DNA of 64,000 nucleotides, taken from positions 54,181-118,180 of the IMG/VR virus record IMGVR_UViG_3300028883_000003; one strand, written 5' to 3'. The DNA comes from a virus. Made by a program: the position numbers and the translations under genes. How positions within the stretch are numbered: position 1 is the first letter of the stretch; each line of letters begins with the position of its first letter. Below the pieces are notes generated by a model. That model was not told where the DNA came from, ran no database searches, and was given only the letters and a program-made list of their open reading frames with translations. Shown here piece after piece: positions 17,214 to 26,352 of this stretch.

Positions 17214-19082
17214 ATGAATAGGTTAGTTTTTGTTTTAGTTTTTGTTTTGTTGTTGTGTGTGAGTCCAGTTGTGGCAAGGAATTTAGTGACACTTACTTCT
17301 GGCGATTTACCATACAGTGCCAGTTCTAACGATAGTATTCAGATTGATGGCAATCACATCACATCCAATGGCACAGCCATAAACGTGGAGAGTGTGAATA
17401 ATGTTTATTTTGATTTTGGCACAGACACACTTGAGTACGGGGCTAATGGTGGCAATAACGAATATGGGTTGCGTTTTCAAAACGCCTATAACTGTACTGT
17501 TAATGGTGGTACGATTATGCGTGCCGTTGGACCGGCTTCGACAGACGGTGAGAGTAATCACACTATTTATATGCACGGAACTTGTTATGGGCTAACCTTC
17601 AACGACGTAGACCTTATCACCGACGGATACAACGGACACTGCGTTCTTGGTTATGGTCCTCACTATTCAATAAATTTTGATGGTGGAACATGGCGAAGTG
17701 ATTCTAGAAGTTTTTCCGATAGACATAATTATACCGGGGCTGTTGCATGGTTGGGAACACCCGGTAGCGGAGGTGATTACGCATATTGGATTCATGGTGT
17801 TTCTATTGTCGATGGACCAGCACAGGGAATAATAACCATAAGTGGCCGCACCATTATTGATAGCTGTGATATTAGCACCGATCATATAAATACTGGACCA
17901 ACCGGCTCCGACGGGAACCAATATCTTATTCTATTAACTGGTTGTACCAACCCAACATCCGTCACTAATTGTACACTTGTCAGCGGCAGTGATAGGGGAG
18001 GGAGTCGGGGAGTTCTTATAGAAAATTCAAACGGTACAGCAGATGAAAGAATAGTAGTACGTAACAATTATTTTGACATACACAACGGTCCTGACAGCGA
18101 AGGGGGGATGGGTGTTTATGGTTCGTGTAGAATAATTAGATTGCGGACGCTTCATTCCGGTTCTCAAAGATGGTCGAGTTATATAGATATTCGTAAAAAT
18201 ACTGTATATGGGACATCAGATTTTAATGAGAGCACAACACATATAGGCCGAGAGGTGATTGGCATTGACTGTAACATGGCGTCTCAAGGATTAGGTGGGG
18301 CACACCATATTAGGGTTGATAGCAATAAGGTTTATATGAGAACTTTAGGGACCAATGTGTATAACAAGGCAGCCGCTCTATACTCATATGTTAATCCCGA
18401 TACAACGGGGATGTCTTGTTCTTACAATGAGTTTTATGGTTCAGATGTTGTTGTCCGACTTGCTGATGGGGGGGAAGATGGTAACTCTGGCAACGGGATT
18501 GGCTGTACTGAATTTTTTATGCATAACAATATTTTAGGTTTTCTTGATACAACGGGCAATGACTCCCTTACGTATGACACTGGATACACTACGTGGAGTG
18601 TTGCCGTTGGTAACGGTGACGCGACCCCAATTGCTGTCGACAACGTATCACGGGACGCAACATATCTCAATGGAGCATCTGACACTGATATTTTATTTAG
18701 GGTTGCCCCCGGCCCCACCGATATAGCTATGCAAAAGACCGTTGGTGTCTATGTTAAAGATTCCGATGCTGACCCTATTGTTGGAGCTACTGTTCGGCTT
18801 ATAGATGACGGCGGTTCTGTGGTTTGGAGTAATATAACCGACGTAAACGGCTACGTGGCTGAGGCTGCTACTTATTTATATGATTCCGTTGGTACTTCGG
18901 TTGATAGTAATTACAACCCCTTTACACTTAGGGCGATCTACGGCACCGACTCCACTGATGTTTCCCGTATTGTGGCATGTAATAATGGGGATACAACAGT
19001 AGTATTGGATATTGAAGGGGAGCCAAATATTGTTCCAGTTAATATTTCAGGTAAAGTGGTAATTAAAGGAAAGAAAAAATGA
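17214..19082 (+). CDS. Secreted right-handed beta-helix (pectin-lyase-like) protein with a C-terminal Ig-like domain
   Basis: Signal MNRLVFVLVFVLLLCVSPVVA; G/N-rich beta-helix coils (IVVRNNYF, IRKNTVY); VKDSDADPIVGATVRL...TDVNG domain. Confidence 0.65.
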   Translation: MNRLVFVLVFVLLLCVSPVVARNLVTLTSGDLPYSASSNDSIQIDGNHITSNGTAINVESVNNVYFDFGTDTLEYGANGGNNEYGLRFQNAYNCTVNGGTIMRAVGPASTDGESNHTIYMHGTCYGLTFNDVDLITDGYNGHCVLGYGPHYSINFDGGTWRSDSRSFSDRHNYTGAVAWLGTPGSGGDYAYWIHGVSIVDGPAQGIITISGRTIIDSCDISTDHINTGPTGSDGNQYLILLTGCTNPTSVTNCTLVSGSDRGGSRGVLIENSNGTADERIVVRNNYFDIHNGPDSEGGMGVYGSCRIIRLRTLHSGSQRWSSYIDIRKNTVYGTSDFNESTTHIGREVIGIDCNMASQGLGGAHHIRVDSNKVYMRTLGTNVYNKAAALYSYVNPDTTGMSCSYNEFYGSDVVVRLADGGEDGNSGNGIGCTEFFMHNNILGFLDTTGNDSLTYDTGYTTWSVAVGNGDATPIAVDNVSRDATYLNGASDTDILFRVAPGPTDIAMQKTVGVYVKDSDADPIVGATVRLIDDGGSVVWSNITDVNGYVAEAATYLYDSVGTSVDSNYNPFTLRAIYGTDSTDVSRIVACNNGDTTVVLDIEGEPNIVPVNISGKVVIKGKKK

Positions 19083-19096
19083 AAGAAAGAACACTA

Positions 19097-19678
19097 ATGA
19101 AAACATTATTTATCTTTTTGTGTTTGTCACTTTTACCAGTTATGCTAAATGCTGATGCCACATATAGTTATGGTGGTGTTTTTTATTACAATGGCAATCT
19201 GACTACGCCAGATTCTTTGCATGTGTATGTGTCTTATCAGCCGTCTGGAGATACTGTCAGTTATGTATCCCTTCCTGATTCGGCAGTATGGGATACAACT
19301 ATAGATACAACTGATGTTACTGACAATTATGCAATATTAAGTTACCATATATATTTTGGGACTAATTTGTTAATTACTCAAGAAACTATTAATTTACGAT
19401 TAGATACAAGTAGTATTTCTCCACAAGTATACGCAATGACAGGTGATTCTGTAAAGACAGCGATAGAAGCACAAGGTAGTCAATTATGGGGCTTATCAGT
19501 TTTTTGGGGTACGTTGGATAGTTCACTTATGCTGATGTACCCACTTGATGGTACTACCCCAAAGGACAGTGTTCAAATTACAGACAGTTCTGGTACAGTT
19601 TTGATGTCTATAATTTATAAGCACAGTAATACAAATACAGTATTAGACTCAACTATTGTTTATCATAGGGTTCCATAA
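19097..19678 (+). CDS. Secreted hypothetical protein, D-S/T rich
   Basis: Likely start at 19097, MKTLFIFLCLSLLPVMLNA signal peptide. Confidence 0.65.
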   Translation: MKTLFIFLCLSLLPVMLNADATYSYGGVFYYNGNLTTPDSLHVYVSYQPSGDTVSYVSLPDSAVWDTTIDTTDVTDNYAILSYHIYFGTNLLITQETINLRLDTSSISPQVYAMTGDSVKTAIEAQGSQLWGLSVFWGTLDSSLMLMYPLDGTTPKDSVQITDSSGTVLMSIIYKHSNTNTVLDSTIVYHRVP

Positions 19679-19881
19679 TGGCTTTTACTTGGGATGACAG
19701 GTTTGATGCTAAGCCGGGGACGTTTGATCCTAGGTTTCAAGGAGGAGAAACAACTTCTTCTAGTTTGACTATAGGCACTTTAACTATGGTTGGGGTAGTT
19801 ATAAACTCAAGGGCGGCTTGTTCTTACGTTACTAATTTAACTATATATAGATCAGAAATAGGTTCTGTTTCTGTGTATTAA
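19678..19881 (+). CDS. Small hypothetical beta-rich protein
   Basis: 67 aa, coupled to the upstream stop; no signal peptide. Confidence 0.55.
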   Translation: MAFTWDDRFDAKPGTFDPRFQGGETTSSSLTIGTLTMVGVVINSRAACSYVTNLTIYRSEIGSVSVY

Positions 19882-19890
19882 GGAGTTAAT

Positions 19891-20307
19891 ATGTCCTCAT
19901 CTGTTCAATATTTGGATGAAGATAATAGTTACAAATTTGTTTTTTCTTTAACAAATTCAGAAACTGGTGCTAAAATTGCATTGGCTTCCATCTCTTCGGT
20001 GCAGTGTACTGAATTTTATTATAATCCTAATTTGTTGACTAGTGACAGAAATCACTTGGCTACAATAAACAGTAGATATAACCAAAACGTAAAGAATGCC
20101 AATGATGTAACTATAACTTCTTCTGGCACAATAAGTTGGGTGGTTCAACCTGAAGATACTGTGTTCCTTAATTCTTCAAATGCCAATGCCGAAGAGGAAT
20201 TACATATTGCTCTTTTTATGTGGACCTATGGAACTGGTGGAAGCAAACAAAACTCACATACATTTTTTAATTATGTTCGCCATGTACCTTATATTTCGAG
20301 TATGTAA
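19891..20307 (+). CDS. Ig-like/BppU-like putative virion adaptor protein
   Basis: 138 aa, beta-strand pattern, AGGAG ribosome binding site; no signal peptide. Confidence 0.45.
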   Translation: MSSSVQYLDEDNSYKFVFSLTNSETGAKIALASISSVQCTEFYYNPNLLTSDRNHLATINSRYNQNVKNANDVTITSSGTISWVVQPEDTVFLNSSNANAEEELHIALFMWTYGTGGSKQNSHTFFNYVRHVPYISSM

Positions 20308-20726
20308 TGTTTAAATTTGGCAAAAATTCTGAAAAAAAATTAGAAAAAGTTCACTTTTTACTACAAAAAGTTTTGAAAAGGGCGATAATAAGTACAAGAG
20401 TGGATTTTTCTATTGTGTCTGGATATAGGGATAAGGAGATGCAAGATTCTTTATTTCGAAGTGGGCACAGTAAATTACGATGGCCAAATAGTAAGCATAA
20501 TTCTGACCCATCATTAGCCGTTGACATAGCGGTTTATAGAAATGGTAAGTTGGATTGGCAGGACTTAAATAGCTATTATTATTTGGCCGGGTTAATTCAA
20601 GCTATCGCCGATAGTATGAATATTACTTTGAGATTTGGGTTGGATTGGGATAGAGATGGTGATTTTAATGACCAAACTTTTTTAGATGCGGGGCATATAG
20701 AGTTAGTTAATGAGGACACAGAATGA
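20307..20726 (+). CDS. Endolysin, peptidase M15 family (L-Ala-D-Glu peptidase-like)
   Basis: SGYR...Q...SKHN...AVDI...LRFGLDW...DAGHIEL zinc-peptidase motifs. Confidence 0.88.
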   Translation: MFKFGKNSEKKLEKVHFLLQKVLKRAIISTRVDFSIVSGYRDKEMQDSLFRSGHSKLRWPNSKHNSDPSLAVDIAVYRNGKLDWQDLNSYYYLAGLIQAIADSMNITLRFGLDWDRDGDFNDQTFLDAGHIELVNEDTE

Positions 20727-22204
20727 AATTAAAAGGTAAACGGCGTAAATTTGTAATGACGGCTATTTCGGGTAATGAGGAAAAATGGGTTAAACAGTGG
20801 GCTGAATCTGTAATGAAGGCAAATCCAGATTTAGTTATTATTAATCTGACCCAGTATGACGACAATTCAGAGGAACTATTTAGAAAACATATACCAGAAG
20901 ATAAATTAAAGCTGGTTAAATATCCTTGGAAAAAAGACTTTAGCGAAGCTAGAAACCATACTCTGGACTTAGTTCCAGATGATACAGACATGGTAATGTT
21001 TTTGGATTTAGACGAAGTATTTACTCCAGAGTCTTACTCCGCTTTGGAAGAAGTTTTACATAATACTGAGTTAGATATCCAAATAATGACAACTATTTAT
21101 AATAAAGTGAGCAAGGAGTCAATGCTTGCTAGTCTTTATTACCCTAGGTTGTTTCCGTGGCGTAATCGTAAGGGTGAGTTACTTCACCCTCATTTTGAAA
21201 GTGAAGTACACAATCAATTAGTGTACCCATCTGGCGTCAAACAGGAGGCGATACGTAGCAAAATTGGAATTTTTCATTATGGCTACGCATTGGACGCCAA
21301 AGCTATGGCGGCTAAGCATAAGCGTTCGGAAGAGCTTATACGACAACAACTTAGCAAAAATCCCGATGACTACTTCGGTCATTTAAACTTGGCTCAATTA
21401 TTGCGGGCTAAGGGGGATGCTAAAGGAACAGCTAAACACGCTCAAAAAGTTGTTGATTTGGTAAGTCCAAAGGTTAATTCTGGTGACCCAAGAATGCTTC
21501 ATGCCTATTTAATGGCCAAAGAACAATTGGCTACTGCTTATTTGGTTTTAAAGAGATTTCAGGAAGTTATCAAAGTTTCTGAGGAAGCTCTGGAGAAAAA
21601 GCCGGATTACTTAGACGCACAGATGAATTTAGCTAATGCTTATTTGGAACTAAGAGATTTAGATAAAGCAGAATTTTGGTTAAAGAGATATTTGTTTGTG
21701 CGTAGTCAGTATGATGAATTAAGGGATAATACTAACCTAATCTTAAATCATCTTAATTCAACTTTTATGGCTTTATATCATTTGGGCTCTATTGAAATAG
21801 CCAGAGGAAATATAGACAAGGCTAAAGATTACTTTGAAAGAAGCTATAAGGCTGAGCCAAAGTTTGCAGATGTATTTATCAGATATCTTGATTGTGTGCG
21901 TAGATTAACTAATAAAATAGATTCTGAATTAGTTAATAAATATATTGTTGAAAATTCTGATAAAGCTCATATGCTATATGAGTATTTTGGTGATTTAGAA
22001 TTAGAGCGTTCAAATATTGAAAATGCAAAGTTTAATTATTACCAAGCGTATTATTTAAACGAAAAAAGTGAAGAGCACGGTAGAATAGAGAGTAAATGGA
22101 AATCCATAGAGGATGCCTTTGGTGGTGTTTCACAGATATTTTTTAATTCTGCTGGTAAACACCAAGAGTTAAAACAACGATTAGGAGACAAAAATGGTTC
22201 CTGA
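20723..22204 (+). CDS. GT2 glycosyltransferase with TPR repeats
   Basis: WKKDFSEARNHTL, FLDLDE (DxD), EVHNQL and HYGY, followed by TPR-like helices. Confidence 0.88.
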   Translation: MKLKGKRRKFVMTAISGNEEKWVKQWAESVMKANPDLVIINLTQYDDNSEELFRKHIPEDKLKLVKYPWKKDFSEARNHTLDLVPDDTDMVMFLDLDEVFTPESYSALEEVLHNTELDIQIMTTIYNKVSKESMLASLYYPRLFPWRNRKGELLHPHFESEVHNQLVYPSGVKQEAIRSKIGIFHYGYALDAKAMAAKHKRSEELIRQQLSKNPDDYFGHLNLAQLLRAKGDAKGTAKHAQKVVDLVSPKVNSGDPRMLHAYLMAKEQLATAYLVLKRFQEVIKVSEEALEKKPDYLDAQMNLANAYLELRDLDKAEFWLKRYLFVRSQYDELRDNTNLILNHLNSTFMALYHLGSIEIARGNIDKAKDYFERSYKAEPKFADVFIRYLDCVRRLTNKIDSELVNKYIVENSDKAHMLYEYFGDLELERSNIENAKFNYYQAYYLNEKSEEHGRIESKWKSIEDAFGGVSQIFFNSAGKHQELKQRLGDKNGS

Positions 22205-24032
22205 GATTACAGATAAATATATTATCATCAGGATCACCGACCCCGATTCTTTTATAGCAGAGTCTTTTAAAACCATTTGGGTAGATAAAGATGCTGGTAT
22301 TCAAGAGGTTATGGGTAAAAAACAAAAGTCAAATACTAACGAGGTTCAGTCTTATATTTTTGATAAAAATTTGTGGACCATAGAAGATGCCCGTGCGTGG
22401 GTCAGGTCTATGAAGCATGAACAAAAATCAACAGTAGCTGAACAATTTGGTAAAAAGCGTACATTTGTCACAGCTAAAGTAGCTCTTTGTGCACAGAAAC
22501 CCAATTTATCAGTGGGCACAAAAATTGTACCATTAACGAAAGAAGTGTTTGACAAAAACCAATCAGAAGCAGCTCTAAACGACAAATACTTTTTCTATGT
22601 GGAAGGAGTACATGAGGGGAAAAATCTGAATGGTGATGTTTTTACCCGTGATGAGCTTGTAAAAACTTACAAGTCCGCAGGTTACCAACTTATTGACTGG
22701 GAACATGTTAGAGATCAGGTTATTGGTTTTTCTTTAGAATCAGAGCTTATTTCTAATGGTGATGAGCCAATGGCTGTAGCTTTTTCTGGTATTTTAAACA
22801 GGCTTTCTCCATATATGCAAATAGAAGAACGTGTTGGTGATACGGTTACCAGTCGTGATGAACTGATTCGCCAACGGTTTTTTGAAGATAAATTAGCAGT
22901 TAGTATGGAGTGCTTATTTGATAGCATGAGATGTGCAGAATGTGGTTATCATACAGATGATGCTTTTGATTTTGAATTTCATGTTATGATGAATCATAGT
23001 AATATCTTGGAATCTGGTCAACGAGTGGGTAGAGAATTAGTTGGGGTTGATTTTACTGGCTGGGGTATTATAGAATTCCCGGCAGATCGACAAGCTTTTG
23101 TTGTTTCTTTACGTACTTCTGATGATGGTACTATCAAGGATATTGTTAGTGCTGATATAGAAGAACAGTATGGGAAGCTGGCAGAGAATATTATGTTCTC
23201 AAAACGGGTAATTGAGGCTTCTCCAACTGACATTTTTATAAAAAATGACGAAAAAATGACATTTGCTTCAGAAATTAGTACAAAAATTAACAAAACTACC
23301 GATAATAAAGTAGATAAAAAAGAAAATAAACAAATTGATGATATAGTAGGAGGAAAACAGATGTTTAATCTTGCAGAAAAAATATCTGCTGATATGAAAC
23401 TTTCTGACGTTTTTGTGGTGGCACAACGAGTGCTTCGTGACTTACAGGGAGATAAAGCATTAGACGCTGAACAGGCAGAAGCTTTTATTTCTGAGTTAGG
23501 CGAAGTGGTTAAAGCTACAATCACCGCAGATAAGTTCAAAGTAGAAAATATTTATACCTTAACTGACGAGCAGAAGCTCAATGCTATTGATGCTGCTCGC
23601 CAAGAAGAGCAGGATATTGCAAAGACAGCATTGTCCGAAGCTACTTCCAAATATGAAGCTTTAGAGGCAAGTAAGGGTGAAGTTGAAGCCCAGTTAGCTA
23701 CTATCCAGAAAGAATTGGATGAATTAAAGACTGCTGAAGCTAAGAAAGAAACCGATAAGCAGGTTGATACATTTATGGAAGAACTCAAGACAGCAGGAGT
23801 AGTTTTATCCGCTGGTTCTTTTGAGACGGGTATTCGTAGTATGGTTGAGGCCAATATTGGCAATCAAGAGGGACTTTCAACCCTTCGTTCTGAGCTTATT
23901 GCCTCATTCAAACAGTCAGTGTTGACTAATGCTTCCGATAACGCAGGTGCTTCTGCTGGCAACCCCGGCGGAAATGATGCATCTACGTTAGAGAGTAAGC
24001 TCAAAAAAGTTAAAGAAGAACATAATAAATAA
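22194..24032 (+). CDS. Prohead protease/scaffold fusion (SPbeta YonD-like)
   Basis: HEGKNLNGDVF, IDWEH, AVSMEC and FTGWGII...PAD, then an acidic coiled-coil scaffold; lies upstream of the capsid genes. Confidence 0.75.
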   Translation: MVPEITDKYIIIRITDPDSFIAESFKTIWVDKDAGIQEVMGKKQKSNTNEVQSYIFDKNLWTIEDARAWVRSMKHEQKSTVAEQFGKKRTFVTAKVALCAQKPNLSVGTKIVPLTKEVFDKNQSEAALNDKYFFYVEGVHEGKNLNGDVFTRDELVKTYKSAGYQLIDWEHVRDQVIGFSLESELISNGDEPMAVAFSGILNRLSPYMQIEERVGDTVTSRDELIRQRFFEDKLAVSMECLFDSMRCAECGYHTDDAFDFEFHVMMNHSNILESGQRVGRELVGVDFTGWGIIEFPADRQAFVVSLRTSDDGTIKDIVSADIEEQYGKLAENIMFSKRVIEASPTDIFIKNDEKMTFASEISTKINKTTDNKVDKKENKQIDDIVGGKQMFNLAEKISADMKLSDVFVVAQRVLRDLQGDKALDAEQAEAFISELGEVVKATITADKFKVENIYTLTDEQKLNAIDAARQEEQDIAKTALSEATSKYEALEASKGEVEAQLATIQKELDELKTAEAKKETDKQVDTFMEELKTAGVVLSAGSFETGIRSMVEANIGNQEGLSTLRSELIASFKQSVLTNASDNAGASAGNPGGNDASTLESKLKKVKEEHNK

Positions 24033-24061
24033 ACGCATCTTTCGCATATAGGAGGATATAG

Positions 24062-24565
24062 ATGCTTAAGTTTCAGCCAATCGTTTATAACGATTCTGAC
24101 TTACGTGCGTTTAAATACGTTGGTACAAGTTCCTGTTTAGAGGGTCAGTTCGTTAAGGCCACTTCTGGAACTTCGCAACATATAATGACAGCTACTTTGT
24201 ACAATGGTACGAAGGGCTCGATTGCTACGGTTCCCCTTGCTGTTGGTTCGGGTACTGTGGCCATTTTCAAAGATCAGATTTTCCCGATTTTCCGTGAGAA
24301 CCCTGATCCTGAAACTGTTGCTGCTACCATCGCTAAAAACGATTACGTAGTTGGTTTTCGTATGACTCCGGGGAACGAATTTCAGGTTCATAAATCTGTT
24401 ACTGAATCTGGATATGCTTCCACATTTACTGCTGTAGGCGGAAACGTCTGTCTTGGTAGTACCGGTAAATTGACCTATACAGGGGCAAAGAACTCTACTG
24501 GTTATGTAGTTGGTATCTGCCTTGGAACCTTCAATGCGGCTTGGGTCCGTGTTAGAGTTATCTAA
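24062..24565 (+). CDS. Capsid decoration/cement protein
   Basis: 167 aa, beta-rich, between protease and major capsid gene; strong AGGAGG ribosome binding site. Confidence 0.6.
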   Translation: MLKFQPIVYNDSDLRAFKYVGTSSCLEGQFVKATSGTSQHIMTATLYNGTKGSIATVPLAVGSGTVAIFKDQIFPIFRENPDPETVAATIAKNDYVVGFRMTPGNEFQVHKSVTESGYASTFTAVGGNVCLGSTGKLTYTGAKNSTGYVVGICLGTFNAAWVRVRVI

Positions 24566-24575
24566 GGAGTAAACA

Positions 24576-25571
24576 ATGTTAAACAAAACTAAGAGTGTTG
24601 GTTATATTTCCCCTTCTGGTATTTCCGTAGGTTCCAATAGCATAAATAGTAATGATCGTTATACTTTGTATGCTAATGAGAAGAAAGCCGTTAAGGAAGA
24701 CTTTGCCGCTTTAGGAAACAACTTCAATTACAACGATCCCGCAGTAAAGAAGAAATATGAAGACTTTGCTCGTTACGTTATCAAGGAAACGTCTCAGACG
24801 GTTCTTGGTACTCCTGACTTGCTTTCTTCGCTTCTTCCTACTGAGTCCATTCAACCCGGTGACACGTTTAAACTTCGTGAACTGCACGGTGTGAGCATTT
24901 ACTACGGCACTTATGGTGCTTCGGTTAGAATGTCACGTCCGCAATTTACTGAGTACAGTGCAACCACGAACCTTAAAGAGGTTGGGTTGAAGTTAGAGCT
25001 TACGCAGATTCGTACTGGTAAGTATTCTCCTTCTGAGCTTGCAGACTATACTTCTAGTCTGATCACAGCATGGAGAAACCACTTACTGTTTGTAACGACT
25101 CTTGCTGGCATGACTGTATATCAGACTGGTGGTTCATATTACCAAGCAGGTACTAATGTTGCTTTTGGTACTATGAATACAGCCTTTAACAAATTGACCG
25201 ACGAAGGCGATATTAAGATGATTATAGGACGGCGTACTGCTATCCATTATTTGTCTAATATGTCTGGTTGGGGTGAATCTGCTAAAGATGAATTCCAGAA
25301 TCTTGGTCAAGTCGGTAAATATGCTGGTGTTCCGGTTATTAAGGTTAATTCCTTTACTGACCCGGATTATGGTACTGTTTACCCGATGCCTGCTAACGAG
25401 CTTTGGGTAGTCTCCCAGCTTCCGGCAGGTCGTGCAGTTGTTGCTGACCAGCTTCGTACTGCTGATGAGATGATCTTGCAAAACGAGACCATGAACATTT
25501 ATTTCCGTTGGGACGATGGAATTGGTATTTTCCATCCCAATAGAATAGTACGTGTTGCTGCAATAACTTAA
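24576..25571 (+). CDS. Major capsid protein (HK97 fold)
   Basis: 331 aa; position, strong ribosome binding site, biased codon usage, followed by a hairpin. Confidence 0.8.
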   Translation: MLNKTKSVGYISPSGISVGSNSINSNDRYTLYANEKKAVKEDFAALGNNFNYNDPAVKKKYEDFARYVIKETSQTVLGTPDLLSSLLPTESIQPGDTFKLRELHGVSIYYGTYGASVRMSRPQFTEYSATTNLKEVGLKLELTQIRTGKYSPSELADYTSSLITAWRNHLLFVTTLAGMTVYQTGGSYYQAGTNVAFGTMNTAFNKLTDEGDIKMIIGRRTAIHYLSNMSGWGESAKDEFQNLGQVGKYAGVPVIKVNSFTDPDYGTVYPMPANELWVVSQLPAGRAVVADQLRTADEMILQNETMNIYFRWDDGIGIFHPNRIVRVAAIT

Positions 25572-25585
25572 TTGTAGTTAATAAT

Positions 25586-25609
25586 TAAGGGGGGAGAAAT
25601 CCCCCCTTA
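25586..25609 (+). terminator. 9-bp hairpin after the capsid gene
   Basis: TAAGGGGGG-agaaat-CCCCCCTTA; U-tract is weak. Confidence 0.55.
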
Positions 25610-25641
25610 TAATAATCTAGAAAAGAGTAGAGGAGGCTGTT

Positions 25642-26346
25642 ATGCCAGAGGAAAACAAACAAGAAACGGTATCTAAAGATGTATATCTTGCTTTGCTTAA
25701 AAAGCTAGAAGAAGCAAGAACTGAAAATGAAGCGTATAGATCAAAAAGTCCCTTAGTTGGCATTAGGTGGTTTGGAGATGGTGGCTTTGGTGCCCCATTA
25801 ACTTACCCAATTTCTGGTGTTAATAAGCTTTTGTTGAATGGCTATGGGGACAAAGGAGTAATGGATAACTCAACTTGGGTTAGGCTTCGTAAAGGTGAAC
25901 ATGCTGGATTTGGTTTATTAGTACGGGATGACTCCGTTATTGAAGAATTAGGAGTAGTTGGAGCCGTAGCACCCCCTGACCCGGAAAAAGACATCAGCCC
26001 AAATAGTTTCACACCCGCACAAGCTAGGGAAATCTTAACCAACTATACCCTGCCTAAATTTAAAGGGGTTGTTCGTGACCTCACATCCCATTGGGGTGCT
26101 ATTCATTTAATTCGTGAAGCCGAAGCTTTGATTGATGAAAAAATAAAAATTGATTTAACTAGGGTTTCTTATCTTAAAGAGCGAAGGGATTATTTACAGT
26201 CCGAGTTTAGGTTTAGTTTGATGCACCCTCATGACATGAGAGCTTGTTGTGAGCAGTATGGGATTCGTAACTGGGAAGATATGCAGGTTGAAGAGATGAT
26301 TGAGGCTTTAACCAATGCTGAAATTGAAATGCTAACCCGTGAGTAA
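25642..26346 (+). CDS. Hypothetical head-associated protein
   Basis: 234 aa, GAGGAGG ribosome binding site. Confidence 0.6.
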   Translation: MPEENKQETVSKDVYLALLKKLEEARTENEAYRSKSPLVGIRWFGDGGFGAPLTYPISGVNKLLLNGYGDKGVMDNSTWVRLRKGEHAGFGLLVRDDSVIEELGVVGAVAPPDPEKDISPNSFTPAQAREILTNYTLPKFKGVVRDLTSHWGAIHLIREAEALIDEKIKIDLTRVSYLKERRDYLQSEFRFSLMHPHDMRACCEQYGIRNWEDMQVEEMIEALTNAEIEMLTRE

Positions 26347-26352
26347 TAGAAT

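Noticed and set aside
10375-19678. Type IX secretion C-terminal domains or lipoprotein anchors on the exported proteins
   Set aside because: No T9SS CTD-like ending (YPNP...K-x-x-K) and no clear lipobox at the cleavage sites.
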